A DNA stretch of 64,000 nt from Octopus vulgaris (GCA_951406725.2 OX597814.1:144212001-144276000); one strand, 5' to 3'; counted from the first letter of the stretch, positions 41,300 to 56,622 are shown. The notes: generated by a model not told the origin, from the letters alone. Numbers and translations: made by a program.

Positions 41300-42585
41300 A
41301 GAATGAAAGAGACCGTGTCGTTAGTGGATATAGAGTCCACGGTGGCTTCATAAATGATGGTCTCGGACACGCAAGCTCCATTTAGCGGGCACAAATTTTC
41401 ATCACTGCATGGACAGCTGGTTTTGACGAAGAACTACGTCGGCCTTACAGAGGGTAATTTCAAAGCCAGGTTCAATAATCACTCCTTGAGCTTCAGGCAC
41501 TGTGATAAAAGGAAAACGACCAAATTATCCAGTCATATATGATCCTTAAAAGAGAAAGATGTCAGTTACAACATCCATTGGAAGATCTTAGCCAAGTGTA
41601 AACCCTACACCAACGACAGTGGAAAGCGCGGTGTTTATGATATGGAAAGATGGTCTATCTGGAAAAACAGCTTAGATCCCGCTACATGTCTGAATTCAAG
41701 GACTGAACTTTTCGGACGTGCCCATATGTGATTAAATATTTGTTACGCTTTTGGTCCCCCCGAGATTACAGATAGGACTTGCTTTCTATATTGTGTCCAC
41801 ATACAAGCTTTTTATCTCTCCATACTTTTTACTTATATTTATTATATAGTTTTTACATATTAATAGAGATATTGTTTTATAGTTTTATTTCTCATATATT
41901 TTTTACACATAACTTTTCTGTATTCTACCTTCTACTCTGCATTTCCCTTTGCTTATATAGACGTGAATATAGAATATTTTGTGCGCGCGTGTGGATGTGT
42001 GCGTGTATAGACGTGTGTGTGTGTGTGTATGCGAGTATGTGCGTATATAGATTTGTTTTACCCTTATTGCTTAATTTTTACAAGTTTTTACACATTTTTC
42101 TGTATTTTTCCTTTAGCCCTGTTTTTTCTTGTGCATGTGCGAATATAGAAGTGTGTATGAACCTTTTTTGTGCGCGTGGGTGTGTGTGCGAGCGTATATG
42201 CGGGTAAGTATATATTTTTGGCGAATGTGTGGGTGAGTATGTGTGTGTTTCAAGTGAGGATGGATACGTATATACATATAGGCGCATGTACGTGGGTGTG
42301 CGGGCTCGCATGTGTATGTATGGACATACGCACTTACGCGATTACTATGAACATTTTTACTCCCTTACTTTATTCTCTCCCCTTACTTAGCGGTCATTCT
42401 AATAGCTCTTATGTCTTAAAAACGGTCGATCACACAGCAATTTCCCTTTGATTTAACGTTCATTTTCATAGCATTTTTTCGATGTCCGGATAACTGAAGA
42501 GATGCCGGCGTGGGTTTCCGCCCGACATTCGAAACTCGGAGTTTTAGCATGGCTACCGAATAATTGTCACATATTATATTTACAG
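41300..42585 (+). mobile_element. Penelope-like element 3' fragment: GIY-YIG endonuclease relic, 3' region and hammerhead
   Basis: YVGLTEGNFKARFNNHSLSFRH..TKLSSHI*SLKEKDVSYNIHWKILAKCKPY..LNSRTELF read through the stop at 41540-41542; HHR at 42491-42546. Confidence 0.8.
42491..42546 (+). ncRNA. Type I hammerhead ribozyme, intact core
   Basis: UAA-CUGAAGA-(30-nt GC-rich stem II)-GAAAC-UCGGA-GUU-UUA; near-palindromic AACUCGGAGUU. Confidence 0.7.
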
Positions 42586-42639
<54 letters not shown>

Positions 42640-43437
42640 TTTATGGGTTTCTTGCTTCAGTCATTGGATTGCGGTTATGTTGTGGTAATACCATGAAGCT
42701 GTTTTAGTCGAACAAATTGACTTATATTTTATGCCTAATACTTATTCTACTGATTCCGTTTGGCGTGAGCGCTAATGTACCTGAACAAACCAGTATCGGT
42801 TGTCAAAAGATATACGCAAACACACGTACCCAAACGAATGCATACGTATAAACCAGCACAAACATAAACATACACAAGCGAACACAAACACACACACACA
42901 GACAGACACACACATATTGCAGGCACGTGACAGTAATTTAGCAGTTGGCTTTATGTCGTGAGTTTGATCCCCGTGTATGATGTCGCGTTAAGTCTTGAGA
43001 GAGGCAATTTATTTGAAATAGGTTGTGTCCGGTGAGTTGGCAATGAGGAGCAATGACATCTGGAGACGTCTAGAGATGGGTCAGACGTCTCCAAGCGGTC
43101 CCTTCAAAGGGGTCTATTATACGCACTATCACTTAAATGTAAAGAAACAAAACCATTAAAAAAAAACTATAAGTTCCATCCCAATAGTCTTGACGGTTCA
43201 AGAGAAACTTTAGTCATTTTTTGACGTCCACGAAGGTACAAACGCATATTCACACACAAACATGAACACATAAACACACACACGTACACACATATGTATA
43301 TCTGTGTATTTATGTAGATGTATATGTATGAATGAATGTGTATTATATCCACATATGTATGTGTGTGTATATATAATGCACTGTTCCGTGATAGAAAGAT
43401 GAACAAAAAAGTATTCCATTAGGTGAGAGATAAATAT

Positions 43438-43617
43438 TATTTATTTAAAGGACGCAATACATATCTTGAAGTGCTACAAATAGTTTCTTCTCTTATTCAG
43501 TTTTTTTTTAGTTCGTAATGACATGTGGTTTGTGTCTGATGAATATGTTTGAGATATTTCGTAACATGTAAAACCATTACTAGTACTTAGACATGTATTG
43601 TGTCCTTTAGATAAATA
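43438..43617 (+). mobile_element. Penelope-like terminal repeat with inverted 5' copy and degenerate hammerhead
   Basis: 43438-43476 is the imperfect reverse complement of 43581-43617; CTGATGA 43536-43542 and GTAACATGTA 43561-43570. Confidence 0.6.
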
Positions 43618-43623
43618 TTATAA

Positions 43624-43688
<65 letters not shown>

Positions 43689-43847
43689 CACACATATATA
43701 TACATATACACAGATATATATATATATATATATATTCATACATGCATATATGCTTATGTATATATATGTATGTATATATAGACACAAAGACACATTCAAA
43801 CATACTCACGCATATATATATTACTAGTTCTTTCATTTGCGTTTCTT

Positions 43848-44240
43848 ATATGGTAAGAAGCTTGCTTCCCAACCACATGGTTCTAGGTTCAGTTCCACTG
43901 CGTAACACCTTGGGACTATACCTTCTACTACAGCCTCGGACGGCCAGAGACTTGAGAATATATTTGAGAGACGGAAACTGAAAGAAGCCTGTCGTATATA
44001 CATATATATATATATATGTACATACATACATATGCGCCTGTGCGTGTGTGTTTGGCATCCATTGTCGCTTAACAACTGGTGTAGATGTTTTTGCACGCCC
44101 GTAACGTAGTGGATCGGCGAAATAAACCGATACAATGGGTGATGGGCTTAAAAAAGTCCAATGTTAATTTGTTCGACTAAAACCCTTCAAGCATGCCCGC
44201 AGTGAAATGACTGTTAACAAGGCAGGGAATAGATAAAAAG
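43848..44240 (+). mobile_element. SINE family A, diverged
   Basis: Family A homology. Confidence 0.75.
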
Positions 44241-44327
44241 AAAAAAATATATATATATATATATACACATATATATATACGTATTAATATATATATGTTT
44301 TAATATATATATATGTATGTATTAATA

Positions 44328-44382
<55 letters not shown>

Positions 44383-44406
44383 ATACACACATACACACAC
44401 ACACAC

Positions 44407-44493
<87 letters not shown>

Positions 44494-44766
44494 TACATAA
44501 AATAAATATAGCCAGCCGTTTGCAATGTTTTACCAGAAAAGAAAACTAATTTTCACTAAATATAACTGGGTTGTTAGTACACCTACATTGCTAGAAATAA
44601 GACCGAAAAGAGTCTAATGCTGTAGTTAAAATATGTAACTGTGTGTATGTGTATATAAATACGCGCGTGCGCGGACAAACACTCGTGAATTATTGAAATA
44701 AATGCATATGTAAACAATACATATTTGCAATACACACATGTATCTGTGCGTGTTTTTATACATACA

Positions 44767-45165
44767 CTAGCAGTATCGCCCGGCGTTGCTCGGGTTTGTA
44801 AGGGAAATAACTATATAAGCATTTTTAGAGAGTTATAGCCAAAAAATAGGAAAAAAATGCATTAAAAATTGAAAAAAAATTGATGGTAATTTTTTTTTTG
44901 AATCGTTGACACATCGTAGATATTTTTAGAGAGTTACTTCCCTTATATAATAACGAAAAATATGCATTAAAATGGAAAAATATGATGGTAAATTTTTTTT
45001 AAATCGTAGACTCATCGTAGACGCGCGCTAATACCCAGAAGGGCTCGATATGAATCACGACTATAAGATACCCGCTTTTGGTTAAACTGCACCGCAAAAT
45101 GTGGGAGTAGTTACGAATCTAAATCGTAGGAGACAGACACACAACTTCACTCTTATATATAAAGA
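44767..45165 (-). mobile_element. Non-autonomous Helitron (399 bp)
   Basis: Minus strand starts TC and ends CTAG; CCCGAGCAACGCCGGG hairpin (44779-44794) near the 3' end; inserted between A and T with no TSD. Confidence 0.88.
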
Positions 45166-45277
45166 TATAAGCCACGTAGTTATATACACATACTTTGTTA
45201 TATACACATTCTTAAAAGAAAATGTTATTTTGAACACAACATTTACAAAGAATAAAATATTTTTTGGATTTTCTTAA

Positions 45278-46099
45278 CCCTTTCGTTACTATATTTCTGA
45301 CCAAAATACACCCCTTATGTGTTTCAATTAATTTCTAACGTAATCATAAATTTAGTCTGGTTTCATTAAACAACTATAACTTTTTTATTTATGAATATAT
45401 TAATCTGATTTTTGGAAGATAATTTAGTGAAATGTTCTCAACCAATTCTATACTATAATTTTTGTCACAAAGTGACTCTAATTGCAGGTAGATACAGGTA
45501 AATTCAACAATATATAAAATTATTAAAATTTTGTTCAAACATCGCTATAGAAAATGGGTTATTAGCTAATATTCAATTGGGTATACAACAAAATTTTACG
45601 ATAGAATTTGTTATTCTGGGTAACTTTCTAATACCCATAATAATATTTATGGCAAAATAGGCCTTAATTTCATTTAAGGTTGTGGGAAATAACAAACTAT
45701 CGTTTCTTTCGCTTTGTTTAGGTTGAGATCAAATACCACATGCTTTTTTTTTTCAGTCATAGAGTTAGATTTATGAAGGTCTTCAGTAGAAAATCCTTCG
45801 AATTCTGACTCGCTGCTTGATATAATGAAATTCGTATCCATTTTTTGTCAGAATTACAAATTTTGAAAACACAATAGGAACAAATTTCGGAAAAAATCTC
45901 CCATAATTCACGGAATTAAAATTACACTTCGATGTTTGTACAAAACTGTAGTTGAACTGTTTACGAAGTATAATACGTGTTTTCACGAATGTTCTAAAGA
46001 GATTTACTCTGATATTCTCATTTAAATATGAATAGGTAAATTCGGGCGGCTTGGTCACATTAACCAAAATTTTTTTCGGGCGGTTTGGTAACGAAAGGG
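45278..46099. mobile_element. piggyBac-type non-autonomous element (822 bp)
   Basis: TTAA TSD at 45274-45277 and 46100-46103; perfect 12-bp TIR CCCTTTCGTTAC; subterminal TTCGGGCGGYTTGGT twice. Confidence 0.9.
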
Positions 46100-46504
46100 T
46101 TAAACGGATGCATACATTTATTAATAACTATATATAAGTGTCGTCTGTTTATACATAAACACTGTTTCATACTGCAATTATATATACATATATCTATATA
46201 TAATATTATATAATAAAATATATACAGAGTAAAATAAAAACCAATTTACCTTTTCTGTATTGTTATTCGACCGTCCGTGTGTCTTTGCAAATGTGTTGGA
46301 ATGATAAGTGAGTTGTGTTTTGGCGCCTTTTTTTACTAATAACAAACACACACGTGTTTGTATGTAGTTGTTTGAAACGTTTGTGTTTGCCACTCTCATA
46401 TATGTATGTGTATGCGTGTGTGTGAGGAATGACACACACACACTCACGCACGCACACATGTACATCAATGCTTTTATGAGCGTCATAGAGAGAAACAAAT
46501 ATTA

Positions 46505-46590
46505 CATCGCCATCGCCATAGCCATCGCCATCGCCATAGCCATCGCCATCGCCATAGCCATCGCCATCGCCATAGCCATCGCTATCGCAT
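46505..46590. repeat. GC-rich hexamer repeat (CATCGC)n with 18-bp higher-order unit
   Basis: (CATCGC CATCGC CATAGC) repeated four times. Confidence 0.95.
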
Positions 46591-46954
46591 TCTATTTTCT
46601 ACCTGTCAACACACAGTGAATTAGTTTCAGTTTATTCATTGCACACTGTGTGTGTGCGTTTGCGTGTGCTGTAAACCAGACTAATAAAAGCATTTGACAC
46701 ACACACCAGAATGTGAGTTTTCTGTAAATTTTGCTTAATTGGAGTTTAAATTTTAAAAACTGGACCTGGCATGACGCGATGCATTGTACTCTTAAAAATG
46801 CTAGGTAAATTGTAATTGACGAAATCCTATATTGTAGATTTGTATAACTCCCAAAGGGAGGCAGATAAAATCTGCCTTTTATAATAAGAGATATACAAAT
46901 GCATCTATATTCATATATGTGCGTGTTTTCGTGTGTGTGTTTCTGCGTGTTTAC

Positions 46955-47017
<63 letters not shown>

Positions 47018-47086
47018 TGTATATATATATGTGTGTGTGTATATGTGTGTGTATGTGTGTGTATGTGTGTGTGTGTGTGTATGCGT

Positions 47087-47387
47087 GGAGGCGCAATGGC
47101 CCAGTGGTTAGGGAAGCTGACTCGCGGTCGTAGGATCGCAGTTTCGATACTCAGACCGGGCATTGTGAGTGTTTCTTGATCGAAAACACCTTAAGCTCCA
47201 CGGGGTTCCGGCAGTGGGTGGTGGCGATCCCTGCTGTACTCTTTCGCCACAACATTCTCTCACTCTTAATTCTGTTGGCATGCTCGCTTAGCCAGCAGGG
47301 TGGCTTCACTTGAAGGCTAAAACAATGCGAAGCGCATTGTGACCAGCGAGGTGTAGCAACATCTAATAACCTGGTCGGTCACGTGAT

Positions 47388-47393
<6 letters not shown>
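47087..47393 (+). mobile_element. SINE family E head with an alternative tail
   Basis: Matches 29125-29297, then diverges. Confidence 0.75.
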
Positions 47394-47468
<75 letters not shown>

Positions 47469-47689
47469 AAGAGATACAGAGAGGGATGTATATTAGTGTT
47501 TTCATACATGACGTGTGTAAACATATTTTTGTGTGTGTGTATATACATAGAGACAGACAGACAGATAGACAGACAGACAGAAGGTGAATGGTGATAATGG
47601 TCGTGTTGGTGTTCTCTCGTACTCCAAGAATGACGAGGTTGCAACATATTGCTGAACAACATGCATAGATAATTCGTTAATAGTCATCA

Positions 47690-47897
47690 AATGTCTGCGC
47701 TGTACATTAGCTCACTTCCTCCCTCAAACCAACGTTGCCTGAACAGGTGCACGCTGTGCCATGTGTCAGGTGTGCAAGTGATCGCAAAGCAAGAGAAGAT
47801 GAAGCGTTTCGCTCTAGAACACAACGCACTAACCGGTCTAAGATTGGAAACCACGATCTCGCAATCGTGAGTGCAACTTTCTAAACACTAGGCAATG
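47690..47897 (-). mobile_element. CORE-like SINE, diverged
   Basis: Minus-strand tRNA-like head and GCGTTGTGTTCTAGAGCGAAACGCTT resembling family C. Confidence 0.6.
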
Positions 47898-48015
47898 CAC
47901 ACTCATATATACATATATATATATATATATATAGGGAGAGAGAGACAGACAGACAGACCAAAGTGTACGTACGCCACTATAATTTTTATAGTGCGCAAAA
48001 CAGCCAAACAATTAT

Positions 48016-48280
48016 GTGAAACAAAAAAAGGGACAACAAAACTTCCAGACAGACAATACAAAGAAAACAAGGATGGGTCATTCGGAGTCTTCCATCCTCG
48101 GTCGAGTTCCAGATCCAGCCGAAATTCCAAAGATGATCTGGAACTCGACTGAGGATAGAAAACTCCGAATGACCCGTCCTTGTTTTCTTTGTATCGCCTG
48201 TCTGGATGTTTTGTTGCCCCTTTTTTGTATCACCTAACTGTCCGGATGGTTTACGTTCTTGTTCCATTTTTGTATTTTTA
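48016..48280. mobile_element. Family D repeat with ~100-bp inverted duplication
   Basis: Arms 48016-48115 and 48135-48234 around a 19-nt spacer. Confidence 0.85.
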
Positions 48281-48290
48281 TATGTATGTA

Positions 48291-48363
<73 letters not shown>

Positions 48364-48560
48364 ATATATGAAAGTATGATGGACATAAATGGGTTTGTAT
48401 GGGTGTATAAGATATATATATATATATATATATATGTATATCTATCTATTAAATTTCTTTTCAGTAAACGTTTAAACATGCAAATATAGCTCCTATTTCG
48501 TAATGCCGGTGTACTGTCTCATAATTATGACTGGTGAATTTCAGTTTCAGTAAACGTTTC

Positions 48561-48631
<71 letters not shown>

Positions 48632-48661
48632 GCGTGTGTGTGTGTGTACAAATTTAGTGGA

Positions 48662-48700
48662 TGGAGTAGGTAAAATGCAGGCTGCATTTTACCTACCCCA
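48662..48700. repeat. Near-perfect palindrome
   Basis: GTAGGTAAAATGCAG-G-CTGCATTTTACCTAC (48666-48696). Confidence 0.9.
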
Positions 48701-49138
48701 CTCCTTAATTTTGAATTCTTATTTACATACACACCAGCCCCAGTTGCCTTATTTTAATTCTATTTACATAACCGTGTACTATAAAATAACTTTCTTCGGC
48801 TTATCGAACTTCGACATGTGAAAACTTTACAATCTTCTACGTCAATAAACCACTAGTGTTCCCGAAAGTTGTTTTTTATACCTTCTACTGACTGCTCCAA
48901 GGTTTATTAACTTCTGAGAACTAGATCCTTGGATCTTACCTCTATATGTAATTATTCCATATAAAAATAGGGCAAGCTCCAAACACTTGTCAGAGGAAAG
49001 ACAGCTGCGACATAAGCCACGTCTTTCTATTTGAACATTTTGGAAATCAGTGCAAACTGTTAAACCGGTTAAAGCTTTAAATATATTGACAAGAAATATT
49101 TTAACTACTCTCAGTGTATTTTCAACTTCTATTTTTCC

Positions 49139-49197
<59 letters not shown>

Positions 49198-49328
49198 TTG
49201 TTTTATACTCAGTTACAGTAAAAACAATTTTACGATAATAATCTGTGGCTTACTCTACACGTTAGTAGAATACAAATTCATTATTCTTAAACAAGGATAT
49301 TATTGACAGAGACTTCGAAGTTACGACC

Positions 49329-49396
<68 letters not shown>

Positions 49397-49573
49397 GAAT
49401 ATAGATAGATATATGTATATAAATATATGTATACAGATTTATTTTTATACATACATACATACATACATACATAATACATACATACATACATACATACATA
49501 CATACATAAATACATATATACATACATAAAAGGAATGTTGGTGTAAACCGGAAAAAATAGAACTCAATATATA

Positions 49574-50897
<1,324 letters not shown>

Positions 50898-50919
50898 CAT
50901 ACATATATATATATATATA

Positions 50920-51465
50920 CAGACATGCAGGAAGTAAATAGACACCTTTAATTTTCAAAATTTCTGATCTATGCGTCTTAATATGTTTTCAGCGGCGTAA
51001 AATTTACAATGTAATTATTCCTTTTCATTCCAGGTGCCATTATATTAAACATTTGCGAAGAGTAACCATGCCACGCACAAAAAATTCAGCAGAACTGTCA
51101 GATTTTCAAGGAGGGCGTATTGTTGGGCAATTTAAGGGTGGACTTAGCCAGCGAAAAATTGCCGAAAATCTTCAAATTCCTCTTGCTATTGTTAATAGAA
51201 TTATAGTGCAATTCAAAAGCCAAGGAAAAGAATCAACAGATTCTCTTCCCGGCCGACCTGTGCCCTCGGAAAGGAAGCTTCGCTGTTTGAAGAGAATTGT
51301 GGAAAACGAACCCCATTCGAAGGCTTCTGACATTGCAAAACAGCTACAAATTAGTCCAAGAACATGTGTTACATATCTGCATTAGCTTGTGTATTATGGA
51401 CGAGCAGCTATTATCAAAAAAAAGATTTTGAAAATTAAAGTGTCTATTTACTTCTTGCATGTCTA
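50920..51465 (+). mobile_element. Internally deleted Tc1-like element retaining the paired-like HTH region
   Basis: ~40-bp TIRs AGACATGCARGAAGTAAATAGACAC..TTTAATTTTCAAAAT; [22 protein letters not shown]. Confidence 0.9.
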
Positions 51466-52286
51466 TGTATGTATATATATATATATAAAACTTATACAAA
51501 TATATATACATATAGTGTATATATACACATACCCACATTTATGTGTGTGTGTTAAGCATATATATATGAGAAAGAGAGAGAGAGAGAGGAGGTTGAGAGA
51601 GTAGAGAGAAAGCGGGGAATCTAGTCGAAGCAAGAAAAACATTTACAGCGCAGCAAATGTTATCCCGGATGAGGAAATTGTTAGTAGTTGTTGCACCACA
51701 AATGTAGATCTTCGGAATAGCTGCATTTAGTGTATTAGATATAACACACATACTCACACAAGTATATATGTGTGTGCGTGTGTGTATATATGTGTGTGTA
51801 TGTATGTATGTATTTATGGTTGTATAAATATATTGTATTTCGGGACGGTCATTTTCTTTTCTTTTGCCGAATAAACATACGCACTATATATTCATTCTTC
51901 CATCATTTATTACAGTTCTTCTTTTTTTCTTATGTCCATTGTCCGGATATCCTTCGTCACACATCTGTGACCGCTTCAGTGAACTTTTCCGTCCACGTGT
52001 ATTCTCCCACTCGGCCTACTCCATGTTTGCAGTAACATGTTTCTTATTCGCATTTCCACTTGAATTTTACGAAAACTTTAAAACTGTACTTATATCCTTT
52101 GCCAAAGAAAACATTTATTATATAATGATAAAGTTTCCGCTTTTAGTACTCTCAGAAGTGGATACTGTGTGGTATGAAGCTTGTTACCTTATCAAATAGT
52201 CCTGGGTTCAGTCCCACCGGGCAAACCAAAGCTTTGTGAGTGCATTTGGTAAACAGAAACTGAAAGATGCTCATCGAACATATATC

Positions 52287-52365
<79 letters not shown>

Positions 52366-52707
52366 ATGCGTGCGCTCGTGTTTAAATATGTATGTATATG
52401 CATGTAAGTGTTTATCTTACTTGTTCCGTCTCTTGATTTCCTGTGATAGTTGTAAACGAATGCCACCGCCATGCGAACCGTATCCAATGTTCTGACAAAA
52501 CAGATCTGGTGATGGAGAAATAATACCTTACTTGGAAACAGGTGAGGTTTGACGACAGGAAGAGCATCTGACTGTAGAATCCCCGTCTTAACAAAATCCG
52601 TTTGGGCCATGCAAGCATGGAGAACTGGACTTTAAATTATGATTATATATCATATATGAGTGTAGGTGTACGTGTGTGTATACATACAAGCGCATATACT
52701 TATATTA

Positions 52708-52769
<62 letters not shown>

Positions 52770-52850
52770 TATACATATATCTAAACATACATTATATATA
52801 TGTATGTATATATGCATATGTATAAAGATAGATAGATAGATATATAGATA

Positions 52851-52888
<38 letters not shown>

Positions 52889-52946
52889 CACACACTTTTA
52901 TACATATATCAATACATACTCACACACAAACACACACACATTCAGG

Positions 52947-53262
52947 CACCGCGTTGGTTACGACGACGTGGGTTCCAGTTGATCCGATCAACAGAACAGC
53001 CTGCTCGTGAGATTGACGTTGCATGTAGTTGAGCACTCTACAGACACGTGTACCCTTAACGTAGTTCTCAAGAAGATTCAGCGTAACACATAATGTGACA
53101 AGGCTGGTCCTTTAAAATACAGATACAACTCATTTTTGCCAGCTGAGAAGAATGGAGCAAAGTAGAATAAAATTTCTTGCACAAGGATAGAATTCAACGC
53201 AGGAATCGAACTCACTACTTTCTGATCGAAAGTCTTTAATACAAAGCCAAGCGTCTTCACTA
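52947..53262 (-). mobile_element. SINE family F (CORE-like block with a distinct tail)
   Basis: Homologous to 53615-53905; shares CAACTCATTT..CAGCTGAG..TGGAGCAA with family C. Confidence 0.75.
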
Positions 53263-53614
53263 AACGCAAACACACATACATGCACATACACACGCACACG
53301 CACACAAACACACATATATATTTACATACACATACATATATTTCTATGTATTGTTATAAAATGAAGTTACATTTTCACCAAAAACGCCAATCGTACAGGC
53401 TTCATTATCATTCTGTTTATGCGATGTATAGGCTTTTTAACAATACAGTGACATTGTTTGGTGTCAATGGACATTTAACTGACGTTCGGTGACTGTAAAA
53501 CAAGCAGCCTGTGATTTTTTAAATCTTTGTGTCACTACAGACAAGCACACACTTATACTCAAGCATATAGTATCTCACTAAATGTGTGTGTGTGTGTGTT
53601 CATGCATGTTCTGG

Positions 53615-53905
53615 CTCGCCGTCGATTACGACGACGAGTGTTGCAGTTGATTCGATCAACTAAATAGCCTTATTGTGAAATTAACGTGCAAATGGCTGAG
53701 TACTTCACGCATACCCTTAATGTGGTTAAGGGACATTCAGTGTGACACATATTATGACAAGGTCAGCCCTTTGAATTGAAGATACAACTCAATTTTGCCA
53801 GCTGATTGGACTGGAGCAAACAAGAAATAAAGTGTTTTGCTCAAGGAAACACTGAGTTTAAGACCTTAAGATTGTAAGCTGAATACCCGAACCCCTAGGT
53901 CATGC
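53615..53905 (-). mobile_element. SINE family F
   Basis: Homologous to 52947-53262. Confidence 0.75.
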
Positions 53906-53924
53906 GGCTTCACTGTGTGTACCT

Positions 53925-53983
<59 letters not shown>

Positions 53984-53984
53984 C

Positions 53985-54058
<74 letters not shown>

Positions 54059-54905
54059 ATGTATGTATATATATATATACATGTATGTATATATGTGTAT
54101 GTATGTGTGTGCGTGTGTATATATATATATATACATACATGTGTGTCAGTACGTGTATATTAATACATATACACATTTATGTGTGTGTATTTGGTACACA
54201 CACAAACATATATATGCATATATATTTTTGTATACATGAATATATATGAATATACATATACATATTTATGTATTAGCAAATACATTTATATAAGCTTATA
54301 GATATTGTATATATATACTTATATACATAGATACATATGTATGTATATGAAAATACGTATGTATATACATATATGTATGAAAAGGCATACGTTAAAGCCG
54401 ATGTCGAACTTCTTCCTGTCGATTTCGATGTGAAGGGTGCACTTGTCCCATTCAAGTATTCGAGCCAAACACCGAATTACCGTGTGCTAACGGTATTAGG
54501 GATAATACCGTTATCCTTAAACAAAATGTCTGTAAAACAGTATGGCATGGCAACACGTTTCAATTGCTTGAACCTTACATCTGAGTGTGCTTCTTCCCAA
54601 TTTCTGTCAAAGTAATTTCAATGGAAATGTTGGACCATCCAAGTACAGTGATAATTCTACAAACATGAGATGACTGCCTCCGTAATCAAAGGCGGCACCT
54701 CGTGATATGCTTCGTTGTTCATACATGCATACATACATACCTACATAGATTCACAAAGTCACATATATGTATATGTGTGTGTGCGTGTGTGTGCATATGT
54801 GAATGTGTGCGTATGTGTACATGTATATACATGTATTTATATATGTATATATATATACATATATACATGTATATATTTATACATATATATGCATACAAAC
54901 TTACA

Positions 54906-54993
<88 letters not shown>

Positions 54994-55202
54994 GAAATAG
55001 AAAGATGAATAATCTTGTAGCAGATTAATCAAAAGTTTACCGATACCTTGGTAGCAAAAATCACAGCAGAAGACGGCACGGTTGGAGGTACAACCATATG
55101 GTGTTGCAACCGTGCGTTGGTGCGGATAATTGAATTTTAATATTATTAGTGAATTGAAGAAATGGAGTTGAACGAAGATTGAACAGAAATCGTTTTATTG
55201 CA

Positions 55203-55282
55203 TTCTACACGTGTTTCGAAAGGCACAATTTACCAAATTCCGATTGAATAAGGAGACCATATTGTGTCTTTCTCTTCAGGAA
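55203..55282 (-). ncRNA. Minimal type I hammerhead ribozyme, intact core, in a ~300-bp island (54992-55297)
   Basis: UUC-CUGAAGA-GAAAGACACAAU-(31 nt)-AUUGUGCCUUUC-GAAAC-ACGU-GUA-GAA, followed by AAUAAA. Confidence 0.8.
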
Positions 55283-55296
55283 GAAATAGGAAATCC

Positions 55297-55419
<123 letters not shown>

Positions 55420-55589
55420 GTTTTTGTTTTTTCCAACGGATTTATATATATATTATATGTACGCATATATTTATTGACATATTGATACATAGATACAGAT
55501 ATATCTAAATATATGTGTGTATGCATATGGATATATATGTATATATATGTGTATACACATATGTATACATATATATATGTATGCGTATA

Positions 55590-55642
<53 letters not shown>

Positions 55643-55906
55643 ATATACATACATAAGGCACCAAAAGAGAATGACTCTCCCCAGACAACTTTACATAAAA
55701 ACATACATATGTGTGTGTGTGTTTACGCGCGCGAGTGTGTGTGTGTACATAGCTATATTGATACATAGATATATATATAGATTCAGATATATGTCAAAAT
55801 ATGTGCTTGTGCGTCAGTGTGCGTGAGTTTGAAAGAGAGGGGGAGAGATACACACACACACACATTGAAACAGACAGATATATTAATAGCCAGCTAGGTA
55901 GGTAGG

Positions 55907-56000
<94 letters not shown>

Positions 56001-56456
56001 TTTGTATGTATGTACGTATGCACTTATGTACACAAGCATCAACATTTCATAATACAGGTGTCTTTAGCCATGGAACTAAAATGTCACCCAATGAAAAAAT
56101 TACGCAACGCGCTGGACGTCAAGTTTATTTTTTCATAATTTATTATATTTCAAACGCTATGTGCCACTTACAATATGTTTCATTTTGAGACAAGCACAGC
56201 GGTGTCTAGATTCATTAACGTTTAAAGAATAATTATTATATTTTATATAAATCTATTTTAAATTTTGATCATTCTAGAGTCTGACATAGAGTTTCCCCAT
56301 GAAAGGTCTCGCAAATATTTGAAATATATGCATTAGTGTATGTATGTATGTATGTATGTATGTATGTATGTATGTATGTATGTATGTATGTATGTATGAA
56401 TGTATGTATGCATTTATGCTGACGTCTATACAAATCGATACTTAGATTCATACATA

Positions 56457-56514
<58 letters not shown>

Positions 56515-56522
56515 ATACGTGA

Positions 56523-56563
<41 letters not shown>

Positions 56564-56585
56564 TATATAAATACATATGTATGCA

Positions 56586-56622
<37 letters not shown>

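Noticed and set aside
41540-41542. In-frame TGA in the PLE endonuclease as possible selenocysteine
   Set aside because: It falls at a conserved Trp position (TGG>TGA) in a decayed copy; no SECIS recognised
48149-48180. CTGAGGA...CGAATGACCCGTC in family D as a hammerhead
   Set aside because: GAAU instead of GAAA and no stem I pairing in any of the three copies
54337-54720. Complex-sequence island with a 92-aa ORF as a host exon
   Set aside because: ORF starts in microsatellite; no recognisable domain or convincing splice sites
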